Source: Trichoplax adhaerens
Taxonomy: Eukaryota > Animalia > Placozoa
Length of the DNA stretch: 64,000 nt
Direction: 5' to 3'
Assembly: GCF_000150275.1 (NCBI RefSeq)
Contig: NW_002060943.1
Coordinates: 794,239 to 858,238 of the forward strand
The position numbers and the translations under genes are program-made. Below the pieces are notes generated by a model, which was not told the DNA's origin, made no database searches, and worked only from the letters and a program-made list of their open reading frames with translations. This document shows positions 28,101 to 43,100 of this stretch, piece after piece (positions within the stretch are counted from its first letter, which is position 1; each line of letters opens with the position of its first letter).

Positions 28101-31100
28101 AAATATCTACCGTATATTATACTAAACATGGCTAACAGTCTACAATCACAATACTAGTTCCATTACAAGTTATTTAATAAATATTAAAACAGGTTAAATA
28201 TATAGTATTTACAAATTTCAATTCCAGTCGATATTACATTCAATTATATGAAGATTTTGTCGAATAAAAGTATCAATATCTCTTAATTAAGGGCCCAGTA
28301 ACGTTTTCATCTACCGGTGATCGATTAGGCCCAATGCTAATCGAAAGACAAGTCAGTAAGTAGACTATAATAACATTTAACATTAACAAATTAAGAAAGA
28401 TACCTGGACCATCTGTAATTGCTCATATTTTTATGTTCAAAATATTTAAAATATCATAATTCCCTATGAGGAAATAAGAAGGCAGTTCGATAGACAGAAA
28501 TTTAAACAGAATAGTTTTAATTCAAGGATGTAGCTTTTAGAAGTTACTTCAAAGCTGTAAAATTAATATACTACTACATTTTAAAGTCTTTTAGCTGTAT
28601 AGTTAACTACTGAAACTGTAAGGCACAGTTTAATAGTCACAAATTTCATGCTTATTTACTGAATTGAATAATCCCTTTTCTTATTTGCATTAAAAATTAA
28701 AGATGGAAAAGAGATTGCGATCGGAAGATATTATACGAATCTAAAAAAGACTGTCTGGAATTATTCGGTTGAAATGGAATGGAAATTACCGGGTATAATT
28801 ATTCATTAGTCATCACATTATACAGCAGCAAAAATTAAGATTATAACCCAGATTAAAATACTTGTAACGATATAGAACTAATTCACTTATAAATAGCAAT
28901 ATCCTGAATCAAAAATATTTAAGTTTTCAACATTTGAAACTGCATTTTAGGCAACAGGACGCCGACAGATCAAGTCAAAATAATTACTGTCGATATAACT
29001 GTGCCGCTATCAATTTATATTTCTATGAGTGCACTAGCATGCTGCGGAATCATAATGTGTATCGGCTTTATAATTATAAATATAAGCTACAAAAGATATA
29101 AGTAAGTCTTTTGACGCTCTGATGTCAAATTTACGGTCTAATTTTGTTGCAATAAAATTCTAATCATCGCTACTTAATTATCACTCTACTCTTGTTTACT
29201 ATCCCAGTACATAGTGATGATAAAAGACTAATGAGTATATAATCTACCCTGATTCTAACTTTTGAATGTGTTACTATTGCTATAGGATTATTAAGTTATC
29301 AAGCCCAAATTTAAGCAACTTCATTGCCGTTGGCGCAATTTTATGCTATATATCCGTTATTTTATTAGATCGATACACTGAATTAGCCCCTATCCATGGT
29401 CTCGTTGCTATTTTGGCTTGCCTGGTAAGAGCTGTAAGATTAACAATATCTGATATAATCATGGAAATTTTCGATTAAAAATATGATTGAAAAGTATGAT
29501 TACTACATAAAACTTAATCTAATTTGTGAAAAGTAAAGTAAAATATAATTTCGAATCAGGGAGAAGTATGGTTTCGAGCTATAGGGTTTACTATGGCATT
29601 TGCAGCTTTATTCGCTAAGACTTGGAGAATAAAAACTATCTTTAATTCTACTATAATAGTCAAAAGAAAGGTAATCTAGAGCTATCCATATAGCAAAAAA
29701 ATCTATTTTTAGCTCTAGCAAGATTTTTCTAAAATTTGGGCTACGTTATCTTCCATTTATTATTGATGTGCTAGGTCATGCGAGATCGAAGCCTATATGG
29801 TATTGTTTTTGCAGCTGTTCTTGTGGATATCATATTACTATCCCTACAACTGGCAATTGATACAACCACAATTGAAATTAAAAATCAATATGTAAGGCTG
29901 CTGTAGTAATAACTTGTAGTATCGCCAACCATATTAATTTTGTAATTCAATTTACTTTATCATTTTCATTAGTATTAATACAGAAAGTAGAGTTGAATGG
30001 CTAAAAATGTCAATGTAATAGAAAGAACAAGTTTTAAAGCCATTAGCAGCTATTAATAGATAAATTTATACTATGAAATATATCACGTATCCAACCCTTG
30101 ATTATTTTCATTCAGGTTTCATCTGAATTGAACGGCTACGAAGACACTATTTATAATTACATTCGACATGAATGCACATCCCAATATGCTATTGCTTGGA
30201 GCATTCTTCTGTGGGGAACGAATGGTGTTTTGCTATTTTATGGGGCCTTTCTGGCATGGAAAACAAGAAAAATTCAGCTATCTGTTGCTAATGACTCTAA
30301 ATTCATTGGCTTGGCTATTTACAACGTTACAATTTTTGTCAGTTTAGGCATATTTGTTAGTATTACGCTACGTGATAAAGTAGACATACATTATGCTACT
30401 ATGGCATTACTGATACTCATCGCAACGACATGTACTACCTGCTTGGTCTTTGTTCCTAAGGCATGTTATGAACATTTTCAAACACAAATATTGTATTTAT
30501 AATAAGATTTTATTTAAAGATGTAATATAAATGGTAAAATGGAGACCATAAATATGGAAACTTGGACGGATTCTAGTACCTCAAATACGTTTGTCAAACT
30601 TAACATGCTACTAATAAGTGATATCAATATGGAAGTACTGTATCGTTGTCGCTAACGAAAATATACTGTATTACAAACCAAATCATGCAGAAGCTCTATA
30701 ATATAAGACATTTCCAGGAAAATATTAATCATTGCATCGTTTTATCTTTTCAGATTTTAGCCTTAAAGCATGAATTGAATCACAAAAAAGACGTTCGATT
30801 ATCAATTCATAATTTAAGTGTGAATCTTAGAACTATTACTCGGCTCCATCTAAATGATTTTGAACCTAGAAATAACTTAGAAAGAGACTGTTCAGATTCA
30901 TCACTAGATACCAAAATCCATAAGGTTAGTTTCTACGAACTGATCTAGAACTATTAGCAGTTAGCTTAAAACTTGGCTATCAATTATAATAAATGGCAAG
31001 ACAGTAATTTGCTACAAAGTAGCTTTTATACAGCAGCTGCAATAAAACGCAGATATCAAAAAACGCACATAAGAATATACATATGACCATTTTATAAATT

Positions 31101-33377
31101 TTTTTAGATGCAGTAAATATTTTTATAAAGGTATTTATAATTCTTCTATTATTGTCTAAGTACTGATAATTTATATCTATATAGAAAGAAATATCTTAAA
31201 TTAGTTGATTTTTCGATAAGATTCGAGTCTATAGTTTGTCTAACAAGACATGCGGTTGCAGACGATAGTAGATCCTTAGTATTTTAAGTTTTACATACTG
31301 TAGACAAATGTTACAGAGGACAATACTAATTGCAGACATGGAGTAGTTAAATTCCTCGTTATAAATTGGTTATAGCGCAACAGTATAATATCTTATTGAT
31401 ATAATCTCTTGAGCAAAAATAAAATTTAAGTCTACTTTTAACGTACAGTAGTCCAATATATCTTGTCAGTCGAGGCGATATTTAAGGCTCAATATATCAA
31501 TAATATGACAAAATACTTTGCCTATTGGCAAAACTGATTCTTTTGGCTGATAAATAGTCAAAGAGGAAGCAGCAACATGTAAACTGCATACTCGTTATTA
31601 CATACTCATTATTAGCACTAAATTTGTAAATGTCACCAAACTTGTTCATAATTGTTTGCATTTAAATTACAATATGTACAACAAGGATTATCCTTGTGAA
31701 TTTTAAGGAGTCATAGTCATAATACTAATTAACGGCTACCTACCGATGATCTTAAAATAAGAGTCAGCTTAGCTTTCTAAATGCTAAATCTCATTATATA
31801 TTCAATTCACTTGACAATACGAGTACAGATGGACATACATAACTATACTGTTATATATTGTGACATCGTGTGACGTCACTGCCGTATACTTTAGCTCTAT
31901 AGTAAAAACAGGAAGAAAAAACAATAGAAATAAAAACAGAGTTATTGTCTAGTTATATTGAAAATTTACTTAGTAGATCACTAATTTCCAAGAATATTAC
32001 TAATCATCACTTAATACTCTTATAATACGATGATCGGGTAAATCAAGTTACAGATAAGACTCAAATCTAGCTTCAACATGTTAACACCTTCCGTATAAGT
32101 ATTAAATAAAGTAATTCGGACCATTAATAATGCTATCACCATAGCCATAATATAAATCGCGTATACTTGTACTTCCTTGTTTACTTTATCAATTTTATGA
32201 CATGACTGCCTGGTAGTTCATTTTATATCAATGCAGTTCATTTACATTTATTAAGGCAATTCAATCTATCGAAAATATTCGAGACACAGATTTTACTTTC
32301 GAGTTTTTTATCATTAAATTATGTATCGATATGCGTAGGTTGAGGTCATCGTAAAGGAAAATTGATAAATCGCAGCGAATTTTATAGTCAGTGGCATCTT
32401 TATTTAATATAAAATGTGATAGCATGAGTGTTTGAATGCTATTTCGCTCAAATAGACTAGTTTTATAGCCGGCTTACTTTAAATATTCTTTAGAGCTTAA
32501 CATATAACGAAATGATTAAACATGTATTAGAGACGAATGCAAAGAATGTTAATTAGATTGAGACAATTTAGCGGTCTACTATGTATTATGGTACTGTTTA
32601 TCTACGGTAGAAGCATAAGTTCTGAAAATTGAAATATATATATATAGCATTACGCATTATTATCAACCTACCCCATCAATTTCTATATTTACTAACTAAC
32701 GTTAAGCTATTTCACTGTATAAATGATGATTTAAAGATGATATAGCAAGTGTACAAGGCTTCGCATTCTTGACAATAAGATCAAAACCTTTAGATCACCT
32801 GAACATAAACAAATTAAAGTAGATAAAATTCGATCTACAACGCAACTTTACCAAGCCTCATACTATCGTTAATTAAGTTAATTAAGTGAAGCTCTATTTG
32901 TACTCATTAATGATATAATTTATCCTTTTTTCACTTAATGACTTTATCAGCAAAAATTGAAGATACTAGAATTGAAAAATCAACTTAATGAAAGGGATTC
33001 AATTATGCAAAGAATAACATCAGGCCCAAAACTAACAGGTAATTCTTTATCCATCACTCATACAGTAAAGCTAAAGATTATCTTAACAGTGCACTATTAA
33101 TTCGATTCAAAATTTTTTCTCAAATCAACACTATGAATGACATTGAAAATATTATATTTCGATTTATTCACCACCTGGAATTGGATTCATTAGCATCAAG
33201 AAAGCGCATAGCTAACAAAGGAAGCAGTATATAAATTTCATTATCGAAGTAATAACGAACAATTTACAAGTTAAAGTTTATTATTCTATATGAATTTTTT
33301 TAGAAGAATCGAAAGCTATTTCTACTTCCGATTACCTTGACATTATTTGCGATGGAATTATAATGAGCACTACTTAG
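25129..33377 (+). CDS. GABA-B-receptor-like class C GPCR, gene 3 (complete, ~847 aa)
   Basis: Exons: 25129-25386, 25727-25864, 26028-26204, 26290-26397, 26505-26570, 26701-26904, 27339-27581, 28292-28355, 28703-28792, 28951-29101, 29286-29424, 29560-29670, 29775-29891, 30116-30460 (GC donor), 30754-30924, 32951-33038, 33304-33377 (last exon less certain). Motifs SGGWIGG, FFRTYPS, AYDAVW, IIKLSSPNLSN, FAKTWRI, NDSKFIG, VFVPK, coiled coil KLKILELKNQLNERD. Intron positions and phases match gene 2. Confidence 0.9.
27613..28167 (-). mobile_element. Solo LTR family 1, copy A (555 bp) in intron 7 of gene 3
   Basis: TGTGAT...ATTACA termini; TSD AGTTA (27608-27612 and 28168-28172); about 95% identical by eye to the copies at 45585 and 61220. 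Strand from the TATA-then-AATAAA order. Confidence 0.9.
30461..30753 (+). other. GC-AG intron in gene 3
   Basis: Donor AAG|GCATGT directly after VFVPK, where genes 1 and 2 have AAG|GT; acceptor TTTCAG at 30753 continues in frame into an exon homologous in position to those of the paralogs. Confidence 0.8.
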
Positions 33378-34609
33378 CTGAAAGTGGTTCATTATCATTC
33401 TGTTTATCAATGGTAGTGCTTTTGGCTTGCTTTATCATAATATTTATCAATATTTATCAAAGATTTGCGCTGTAAGGCGAATAAAATTAAAATTTATAAG
33501 TTATCAATGAGTTTTTAGTTAGATGTAATAGCATTTAAATAGCTACTGGTATTTCAATCCTGTAAAAATTTTTACATAAATAATCTAATGTATTTACGCT
33601 TGATTTATAACATTTTAAATAGACTAAATAAGCATATTCATATTTTCAAATAACAATAACTCCGTAGCCTTAGTAATGAAGATAACATAGCTACCAATTT
33701 CATCATGTTTATCTAACGCATTAAGGTGTAAAAATATTTTTATCACTACATTTAAACCATAATTATTCATTTATTCTTTTATAATCTGTGACGTTACTAT
33801 GTCAATACTTTTTCTGTTAGCAATTGCCGCCTTTAATCAACTCAATACAGTGTAGCTTACTTAAAATAAAGCCTAAATTGATATAAAGATTAATCTATTT
33901 TCGACGTCAAGAAGTTCATCCCGGAATTAAGAAACAATTTCATCAATTATGTGCAAATTACCTTGCGAAAATAATCATTTACATGTTTTAGTCTATAGTG
34001 ACACAGTGATATAAAAACTAAATACTATTCAATACTTTCTATATTAATCTAAATCTATCCACATAAAAAAGCACACGTATAAATATAGGGAAGTCATCTT
34101 TATTTCCTGCACTACTGATTAAAAGATTCGTTATTTGAATTTATTATTATGCAATCATCCACGAAGACCTAATAGATTCAGTACCAAGTACAGGTAAGTA
34201 TCCTAAATATTAATATTCGATATCTTCACTTTATTTTACTCCTTTATTGGATCAAAAATGGACACCATACTAAAAATTCGCTGTACTGCACTCATACCAG
34301 CGTTCTAGATATAGTATAGCAATAGTAAGCTACTATGTTGAATGGCACCGTACCGTCTTATTAAAAGCAGTCCATATGTTCCTTCCATAGTTTGAATGTC
34401 CCACAGCGCCATATTGCTTTCATGAACAAATGCAACTACATGCATATAAAGTGTTGGGAAAGTAGATTGATTTCATGATTAAGTTATCGGACTTGATTAT
34501 CTAAATTTTAACAAGCTCAATCGTGAACATTATATGCAGCTAACGGACTTTGCTGAAAAACATTTTGAAGCTGGGGAATTCACTTTTTGATAATGACCTA
34601 ATTGAGTTG

Positions 34610-35026
34610 TGTAAAACAGTGTAATATTGTATTCGAAGTTGATGATATATTTAGTAATGTCTACCGTAGGTGTTGTGTTCAACATGTGATAGATATTCTC
34701 GTTAGAGGCTTAAGTATTAAATATAGCTAGCTTAGTAACTGTAATCCTTTTGAAGAGGAGCGCTACAGTGCTCACACTAGAGCTTCACATGAAAGGTGTA
34801 AACTATCCTGTATTTGAGATGCTAATATTGAAGTGTGTAGTAAGTAAAGGTGCTAAGACTGTAAACGCGGAAAAGTATATAAGCGAGTAGTTTAGTATAA
34901 TAAGAGAGTTCTTTCTCGCTAGAGGTCCTCAGCTAATCGATTACGTAGTAACTTCGTAAACGAGGTTTTGTTCAATAAATCTTAATTTTCTAAAGTTTTG
35001 AAGATTCTTGATCTATCAACCTCACA
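34610..35026 (+). mobile_element. Older solo LTR (417 bp), distant relative of family 1, intergenic
   Basis: TGTAA...TCACA termini; flanks AGTTG / AGCTG (TSD with one mismatch); GAAAAGTATATAAGC at ~34870-34884 and TTCAATAAATCTTAATTTTCTAAAG at ~34971-34995 mirror the family 1 segments GAAAAGTATAAAAGC and TTCAATAAAGCCCTTATTTTTCTAAAA. Confidence 0.7.
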
Positions 35027-38000
35027 AGCTGATAGTTAATACTATACTCTCAATTAATTTAATTTAAATTAAATATAAAAACTTTTTTGGTTGATTAAAG
35101 CTAACCTTTTGGTTTCTACGCTCTGTACAAAACTGAAAGGCGACTGTAACCTGTGTATCTTTACTAGAAGTTTGCTCGACAAGTTTACTTTTGTATCATG
35201 TCACTTTACATATTTATTTTCTTTTACCAAAAATTTTTTATCAAATTTTAACCAACATCAGGGACCATCTTAATTTAGTCAGTACATGCAATATTTTTCT
35301 AGCATTGATAGTAAAGGAACTTATAAACGTCCCATATTATGCGATAGCTCCATAAAAATCAGAAACGCCTACCATCCGATGATTGATATTTGAGTAATAT
35401 TCCATCACTTCTGGTCTATTGCAAATTTCGTAAATAACAATATTAGCAAGAGCATCCCGCATAATGAGCAGAATGTTCTCTCTACTATGCATTGCTCCCG
35501 TCGTTATAATTTATGAATTATTCATGATCTAAATAAAATGCACAATAAATACAGACTTATAATGCTTGTGTCCTATCCTTAACTTAATATTGATATTTAC
35601 TGGCGAAAATACTTCTATCGTAATTGTCAACAATCGCGCTGATGCGTGACTATATTATTTGTTCAATGTCGGAGAATTTCAAATGGTAAAATCACCAGGT
35701 AACGATATTGTCATTTTATTGATTATAATACAACACTTTTAAGTCGCTAATATAAAAAAACTTAATCCTAAATAATTTTGATGTCGATTCATTGTACGTA
35801 ATACTACACAGATCAGACATAATTCGGTCATGTTGACATTGGAATACATTTCATCCTATCGTTTCTATCGAAAATATGTGGCGTATGAATGAGATTCAAT
35901 GCTAATACGACAACTATGGTACCTTTTATTTTACTTTTCCAGCTATTCTAGAAAAGAATTATTGTTGTAGCCTTGATTATTATCTGACATGAGATGAAAT
36001 TCTAACTTACATAAGGAAAAAAGTGCTAAACGGCATAGTGTAGGTAGAATCATCTAACACGATCAATGATGAGCATTGTTAAGGATCCAGTAGAAGAACG
36101 ACTTAAAGATCAGCATCCTTTCACTACCTGTGCATTGATTTCAGTGGCATTAGTTGCGATAATAAACTAATTGAGATTACTTATTTCAATGTTCTTAAGA
36201 TATACAGATTAAAACATCTAAGGCTTGAATGAGTGGGCATCCATATTAGCAGATGGATCTTTGCTATATACAAATAAAAATTAAGTATTCGATATTTACA
36301 GCAAATAGTTGCGTATAGAAGTTATAGAACTGTATCGATATTTAATTAAACACACACTATGATATACTGTACTTCTGTAGTAATATTCGTTTAGTGTGAT
36401 TACTATGCAGACTTGACTAACAGAAGAGCAACATGTGTGCAAAGCACATGATTCTATTAGTTCAAAATCGATTGACGTAGGATCAGGCTACATAGTAAAC
36501 GAGACTATCCGCAAATCATTTCGTAAATAGTCACAAAATCATATCCAGTATTAGCTGTGTTCATTATTCAATATGTTCTAGTTCTTGGACTACTAAAAAA
36601 TATTGTGGCACTTTTTAGCAATTCATGTCTCGATTAATGTCTATGTGCTATAATTTTATGTCAAGTAGAATAAGAGAAAGCTGCTGTGAAGTTTCAAAAG
36701 CTTGACGTGAATGAATTGCTTATGCACACATCGTGATATCCAAAATATTTTTAATTTTATGATAGCTTAAAAGAATTTTCAGCCAAAGGCATTTGGGCGT
36801 TAGCCCGTTTTACATATTTATGGCTTTCTGAGAATCTTAACAATAGCCTTATTTAACATTGAAAGTTTAAGGATTTCATGCTAGCAAGGCCTAAAAAGAT
36901 GCAACAATAATTTATATAATAATCAATTAAATATCATCTTCATGCTACAATAGGAAAGCTTAATTAATGTAGGACAAAATTTTTTAAGGTAGCAGTAGAG
37001 GAAAAGTATTGAAGAAAACATCGAATCGATAGAATATAGCATCGGTGAAATAACTAAGGCGTTAACTCAGACCACAAGGCATTAAAATAAAGTCGATATT
37101 GATTTCCATAGTAATATTTAATGATTTAAAATAGAAATCATCAAGGAAGGAATGATCAAGATTTAGATGGAATTTTAAAATGATTAAACACTAATCATTT
37201 CCCTTAACTAAGTTTTTTTTAATTCGATATAACTGAAATCTTTCCATACTAATTAATTATCGCAAAAATCGACCATAAAGTTTTGATAAAGTTAACACAC
37301 CCAAGCCTATCTGACGTAGAAAGTATGATAAATGATTATAAATGAAAGACTGAGCTTGTAAAAGAACAATTCATAAACAACTTCAATTAAAACAGTTGCG
37401 TTTAGCACAGCGATTTTAAGAATATTCTATCCAGTTATGAAACGAATAAAATAAATAGGTCAAGTGTGCCAATCGACAGTACAAATACTACGTAATACTT
37501 ATAATAGAATATTCTTACAGCCTGAACTTTCACCCGATACTTTTCATTCCTTCATTTTTTGAATAACTTAGATTGGCGATCTCTTCTACTCTTAAATACT
37601 TTTGTTCTAAGGACTATTTTATCTCTTCTATTCAACCTAATAGCAACCAAATGAATAGCTTGCTATTATTTAGTCAATAGTCATGCAGTTATGATTTCTA
37701 TTTCAGTTGTCAGTATGTTTGTTAATAAGACAGATAGGAGATAATAACCAATCCAATCAAAATGTTCGAATTTTTCCAAAAAGTTATTTGTTTTATAGTT
37801 TACTCATCTAGTGTCAGAAAAACTTGTTAATTTCGACAGTTTCTAACGTATTAACGACACCATGCCTGCCCAAACTATTCTCTATTCCACTGTTACACTG
37901 TCTCCACTAATTTTTATTAACACAATATAGAAAGTAAATGATTCAGTAGAATATCAAAAAGTATTTAAGACAAATAATTAGAATAGCCTATCCAGTCAAT

Positions 38001-40138
38001 AGATGACACTCGTATAATACTTCTTTCCTTAACAATGATATTTATCAATATACAAATCGACCTAATTCGACCTAAAATTCAAGCGAAAAATTTCTAAATG
38101 TCTTAACAGCTATATACTCTATATGAATAAGAAACCATTGCAAATTGCAGTAGACGTCAGCGATCACTATAGCGGTTCTCTATGTTTACATCAATAATAA
38201 ATAGTTAGATAATTACAATAGATTTCATCGATTACAATTGCTGCTGTATACGTGCCTATTATCGGAACATGGTTAAGTAATTGCGACGGATCTCAATGGT
38301 TACAATTGCGTTCAATTTATATGCCAAAACTAAGGTAGAAGACAATATAAGCCTTATTAAGGCGTCAAAGATCAAAAGTAAGACTTTACTTTATTCTATG
38401 CATGTGTCTAAATTATGATCTAGTTTTTGGACAGCCTAGCTATAACAACGTCTATGCAACCTTCGATTCGGCTATAATTTACAATAATCGTACATGAATT
38501 TTTCATCTTAAGCACTTTGAGGGTTCTCCTGGATAATAACATAAACAAAATGATCGATGATTAAAATTGAGCTCAAACGATGTCCACTAGGTGCCATATC
38601 CAAGTGTATACCACCATCACTAACTCCTTTTTATGGAACCTATAGCCATTTTCCAATAAAGACATGTCGTTGTCGCAAGCTACTTCATAAAATCTACCTC
38701 TTCAATTGTCATTATCGCAATATGATTTGTTTGCCTGAACAATATGTCAAACTGTTTTAGCTGCTACTATTAAAACAATAACTTCAACAATGATCAATTG
38801 CCGAACAGCATGTAGTAGCAATATCGTTCAAAATGATAAAGGAACCACATTAACAGCTACTTGATGCAAATTTTGTTTATCCCTTATAAGAAAAATTTAT
38901 TATGCCATCTTGAATGTCAAATCAATTTTTTAATTTTTCAGACAGTTTATTGTATTGAGTTTTAGGATGGAATAATACACTAAAGCCACCTAGTTTATAC
39001 TTTAGTTTAGTCTTGTACAATAGAAATGGATGATGATAATAATATTATTATTTCTATATTAATGCCAGAATACGAAATGAAATGGCGAGGATAAAAAATC
39101 TACTAGAGAGGAGGAAGCCCACGAAGTGATAATAACATTTAATGATATGAGGAATGAATTCTAAATCAAACGATTTAAATGTTTAGTTCGATAAGCGGAA
39201 ATGGTAGAAATTAATTCAAGTTTGAATTATTAACGATGAAAAATACAAATGATATAATTATAGTGGAATCGGCTTCAATCAAAAGACTCGTAGACAACCC
39301 TAGTTTAAAGGCCAAACAATGCAATTTATAACCTTCCTCAGCAAGATATCGACATTTCCTCTCTCTTTTATAACCTAAGGTCGAAAATTGGGCTAGTTTT
39401 CTTGCTAGTAATTATACCTACTTTATTTCCAAAATTGAATACGACTCCTTAATATAGCTCAAAGTAACGAATCGAACTATTTACCATAGCATAATTTATC
39501 CCAAAACCAAAGACTTCGCATTAATTGACTAGCAATTGAACATTTGGAAATAATAAAATCTCAACCTCATTTTTCTACCATTTGCTCATTTTGAATCGAT
39601 TAGTTCATCGCCAACTTAAATGATAGCTCATGCTAGATGATGATGATCATCGTATTGAAATAGTATTTCCCTACAATTAATCATCTTGATGATATTAGCA
39701 ATTGCTCACTGATAGCTTTAACCCTTTTAACCTAACGCTATTGCCCAAGGGGTAGAGCAAAACTATAAAGTGTATCTGAGTAATTATGTCAATATGCAAT
39801 ATACGTACACTATATACTGTCATTGGTTCAAATATTATCGAAATTCAGTCAAAACCAGTAGCATTTCCTTTCGTCTTTATAATAAACCTGAACAATAGTA
39901 AATGTAGCAGGGCCTTCAATGTATTACCGATATGATATTGTTGGCTCTTGAATAGCAAATCACCAGGAACTGTCATTTATTGCCATCTACTGTAAATACA
40001 AAAAACATTCAAGTAGCCTAAAATAGCTCGACGTGTCTTTTTCATTCTCCTCCATTAGTCTAAATATCAATCACAACATCATTTGACTGGACTCATATTG
40101 TCTATTCCATTTTAGGCTATCAGCAATTAGAAAGGATA

Positions 40139-43100
40139 ATGAAGTTTAGTTCTATCTCCATCAGCTTGCTCGTAATTACTTTAACGATAAGGCATGTAGC
40201 TCCTGTAATTCTTCCATCAGGTAAGTAGAATAGTGTATAAATACCAGTTGATAAATTTTATTTGAAAGATTTTCTCCTTATGCTAGTATATTACCGTAGA
40301 GTAGAATAAAATTGATCGACTATTAGTGGCATTAGAAAGCTTTGCGCTGTATTATTTGTTAGTCAGTCTAATATCTATCGCGCTAGAATTGTAATAAATT
40401 CATACTAAGTAGTTAAATGATCGTCGCGTCCTTCAATATTTTCACTGAGCCTTAAGTTATCTATGTTAGTGAAGGTTGTATGTTACAGATCGTTTTGATC
40501 CACTATAAATTCTGTCAGTAATGGTCTTCATTCTCCTAATTAGTCTTCTGTTACTGTTACCACGTATGTAGATTGCACAAATTCAATAACGCCATTCCTT
40601 TCACAGTATTCATTATGAACCATTGCTGGGCACGATTGTTGATAATCATGTTGCTAATTAAAGTGAACTGAATCCTTTCTGATTAATCCATAGAAGAAGA
40701 TCCTAATATTGGAAATGTCAGAAATAAGACACCCAGTATTGGAGAAGCTAGCGCCACGATAACCGGTACAACGATGAATATTGCTATCCCATTTAGGGGT
40801 GACTACTCTGAAAAGATGGTAGCATCCCGTGTAAAACAAAATTTCAAATGGTACCGGTACACACAGAACTGTCAAATTGAGATTGAAGACATTCCTGTGC
40901 AAAGTTCTTTCAAGTACAATAATTCACAAGGCTATCTCTTTTACAACATCCAACTTACGAATATCGATACCTGCTTAAAGCTTGATATAAACTTAGCTGC
41001 AGACAGTAAACAAGTTAAGAATGGACTTTTTCGAAGCTTTGCATGGGGTATACCTGAAATAGGTGTGTAAAATTTAGACTAATCACCCGTACGAATATAT
41101 TTGTACTTGTTGGCTTATTATAATCAGGACCGCCGGTTTGCTTATACAGTTTATCAGTGATACTAAGGAATAAATGAAAGTCAAAGTAATGTCAGTAATG
41201 CTTAGCATCACGTAAAATGATGAAATTCGCCATTATGAAAGTCCACTTCTACTAGACACTATATTCAACAGTCAACTGCATTCACTTTAGAATCTAATAA
41301 TATTCTATGATAATATCAGCATCAGTAGCACTTCGTCTAAAGATTAATTGAAGAGATCTATATTGCACTATTATACATACCGTAAGACTTACGGTAGTTT
41401 TGTTACAAAAGTAAACTGATCGTCGTTTATATTTAATAACAAGAATCATATCCACTTATTTACTGACATAAAATTCGATTTTATCATAGCGTTCTTCTCT
41501 GTTTAATTTAACAAATTAGCGAAACCTGTTACTCCTACATATGTCCACTATGAAACGGATAGCGAAAGAAATTTGGCAGCATTTTATTATAAATCTTTGC
41601 CATCAAATAGTTTGATGATTGTTCCTAATTATTCTCTAAAAATTACAAGAATTAACCTGATTTCTCTATCTATACAAGAGGTAAGCTTGATACCATTATA
41701 GTAAGATTTCTAATCAAGCTCAGGCTGTAACCGCTAGATTGCAGAAATATGCTTATCCAATTAAGGGTTACATAGCATTCCCGCTTTAGATTGCACTACC
41801 TTGTATCCATTATGCAATGACGATAAATCTTCTCTTCATTAAAATTTACTTCATTCTACAAAATACAATTATACATACAGTTTCATGTATAGTCTCTGTA
41901 TATCGTTAAGCTGTTAACTAACTCCTTTTATCCTGTACCGATGACGTAATTATGTAACTAATCCTTTATACAAAAGCGTTGTCCATCATTATGATTTCAA
42001 TCTATTGGTTCCAGTGTCCAAACTGACGCCTTATTATGATCGGCAATCACTTTTAAAACGTTCATATAATTTCTATTTTCTCACTGGGGACTCATGTTTT
42101 ATGCATTACAGTTGTTAAAGGTGTAATGGCAAAACGTTCATCATTCCCAATCAGACTACCAGCCTATGGATGTTGATATATCAACATTCTAATTTGTTAT
42201 CCCTTTTTCTCAAGCCTGGCTGGACTAGGCTAGACCGTCTGTGGACATTATTCATATTTCAAATTAAATGCGTGCAAGAATAAACCGGTTGAAGAGGTTT
42301 AAATTAATTATGATCACGTTTTGCCCAAATTGTTTTTCGATCGTTATCTTTCATAATCAGACACTGTACTTGCACAGTAATCAAAAACTATTGTCTATAA
42401 CAAAGATAACAATCGATATAACAATAGAAAAGCTTATTTTTCCCTTATTGTTTCACCATCATTTCCGCGGGAAATGTGGGCCATGACAATAACGGGTGAG
42501 CCTCTTATCATTTTTGGAGCTTTTTAGGCCATGGATTAATTTCTAGACTAGCTTCAAAAGCCATGAAATTTAAACTAGAAAATTTTTAAACTGATATTTT
42601 CAACACTCGAGAGAATGGTATCACGTTTCATTTGGGATGGAAATACGATATTTTTAATCAAGGATTGTTATTCAACTTCTTCATGCCACAAATCAAAATC
42701 AATCATGACATACAAAAATTAATCATCCTTTTTTTTCGATCGTAACCGTGTCATAAGTAGCCTAAAGTTACTTTCATTTAATCGCTAACCTTAAAATTGT
42801 AAATCACACTTCTACTGCACATGTTATCAGTAAGATTGTTTAGTTTAATTTTTCCTTTAAATGTTTTTACTTACACCTACAATGAAGCGATCATGCATTA
42901 TTCAAACCAACGCCCAGATATTCACGATGTATAAACCATCGTACCTAACCCAAGTTGTCATCGTATCGCTTGATATATCATTCACAAATGGGCATAGTAT
43001 CCTGCGAAATGGGTTTTCAAAGCCAATTCTCTCTATGTACATGATTTACTACCAAAGTTGATCAACAGGACATAAAAGCTGCGTTTTAGTTGCAGCGATT

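Noticed and set aside
42234-42296. Possible extra 63-nt exon (TVCGHYSYFKLNACKNKPVEE) in paralog A
   Set aside because: Weak donor, no counterpart in paralog B, and the flanking exons join in frame without it.
42870-43090. Minus-strand frame reading LLCPVDQL**...ISSDTMTTWVR...MHDRF, faintly like DIRS/Crypton tyrosine recombinase motifs
   Set aside because: Three stops, no clear catalytic HxxR, and no flanking element structure. It needs a profile search (tBLASTn/HMMER vs YR domains) and cannot be supported by eye.
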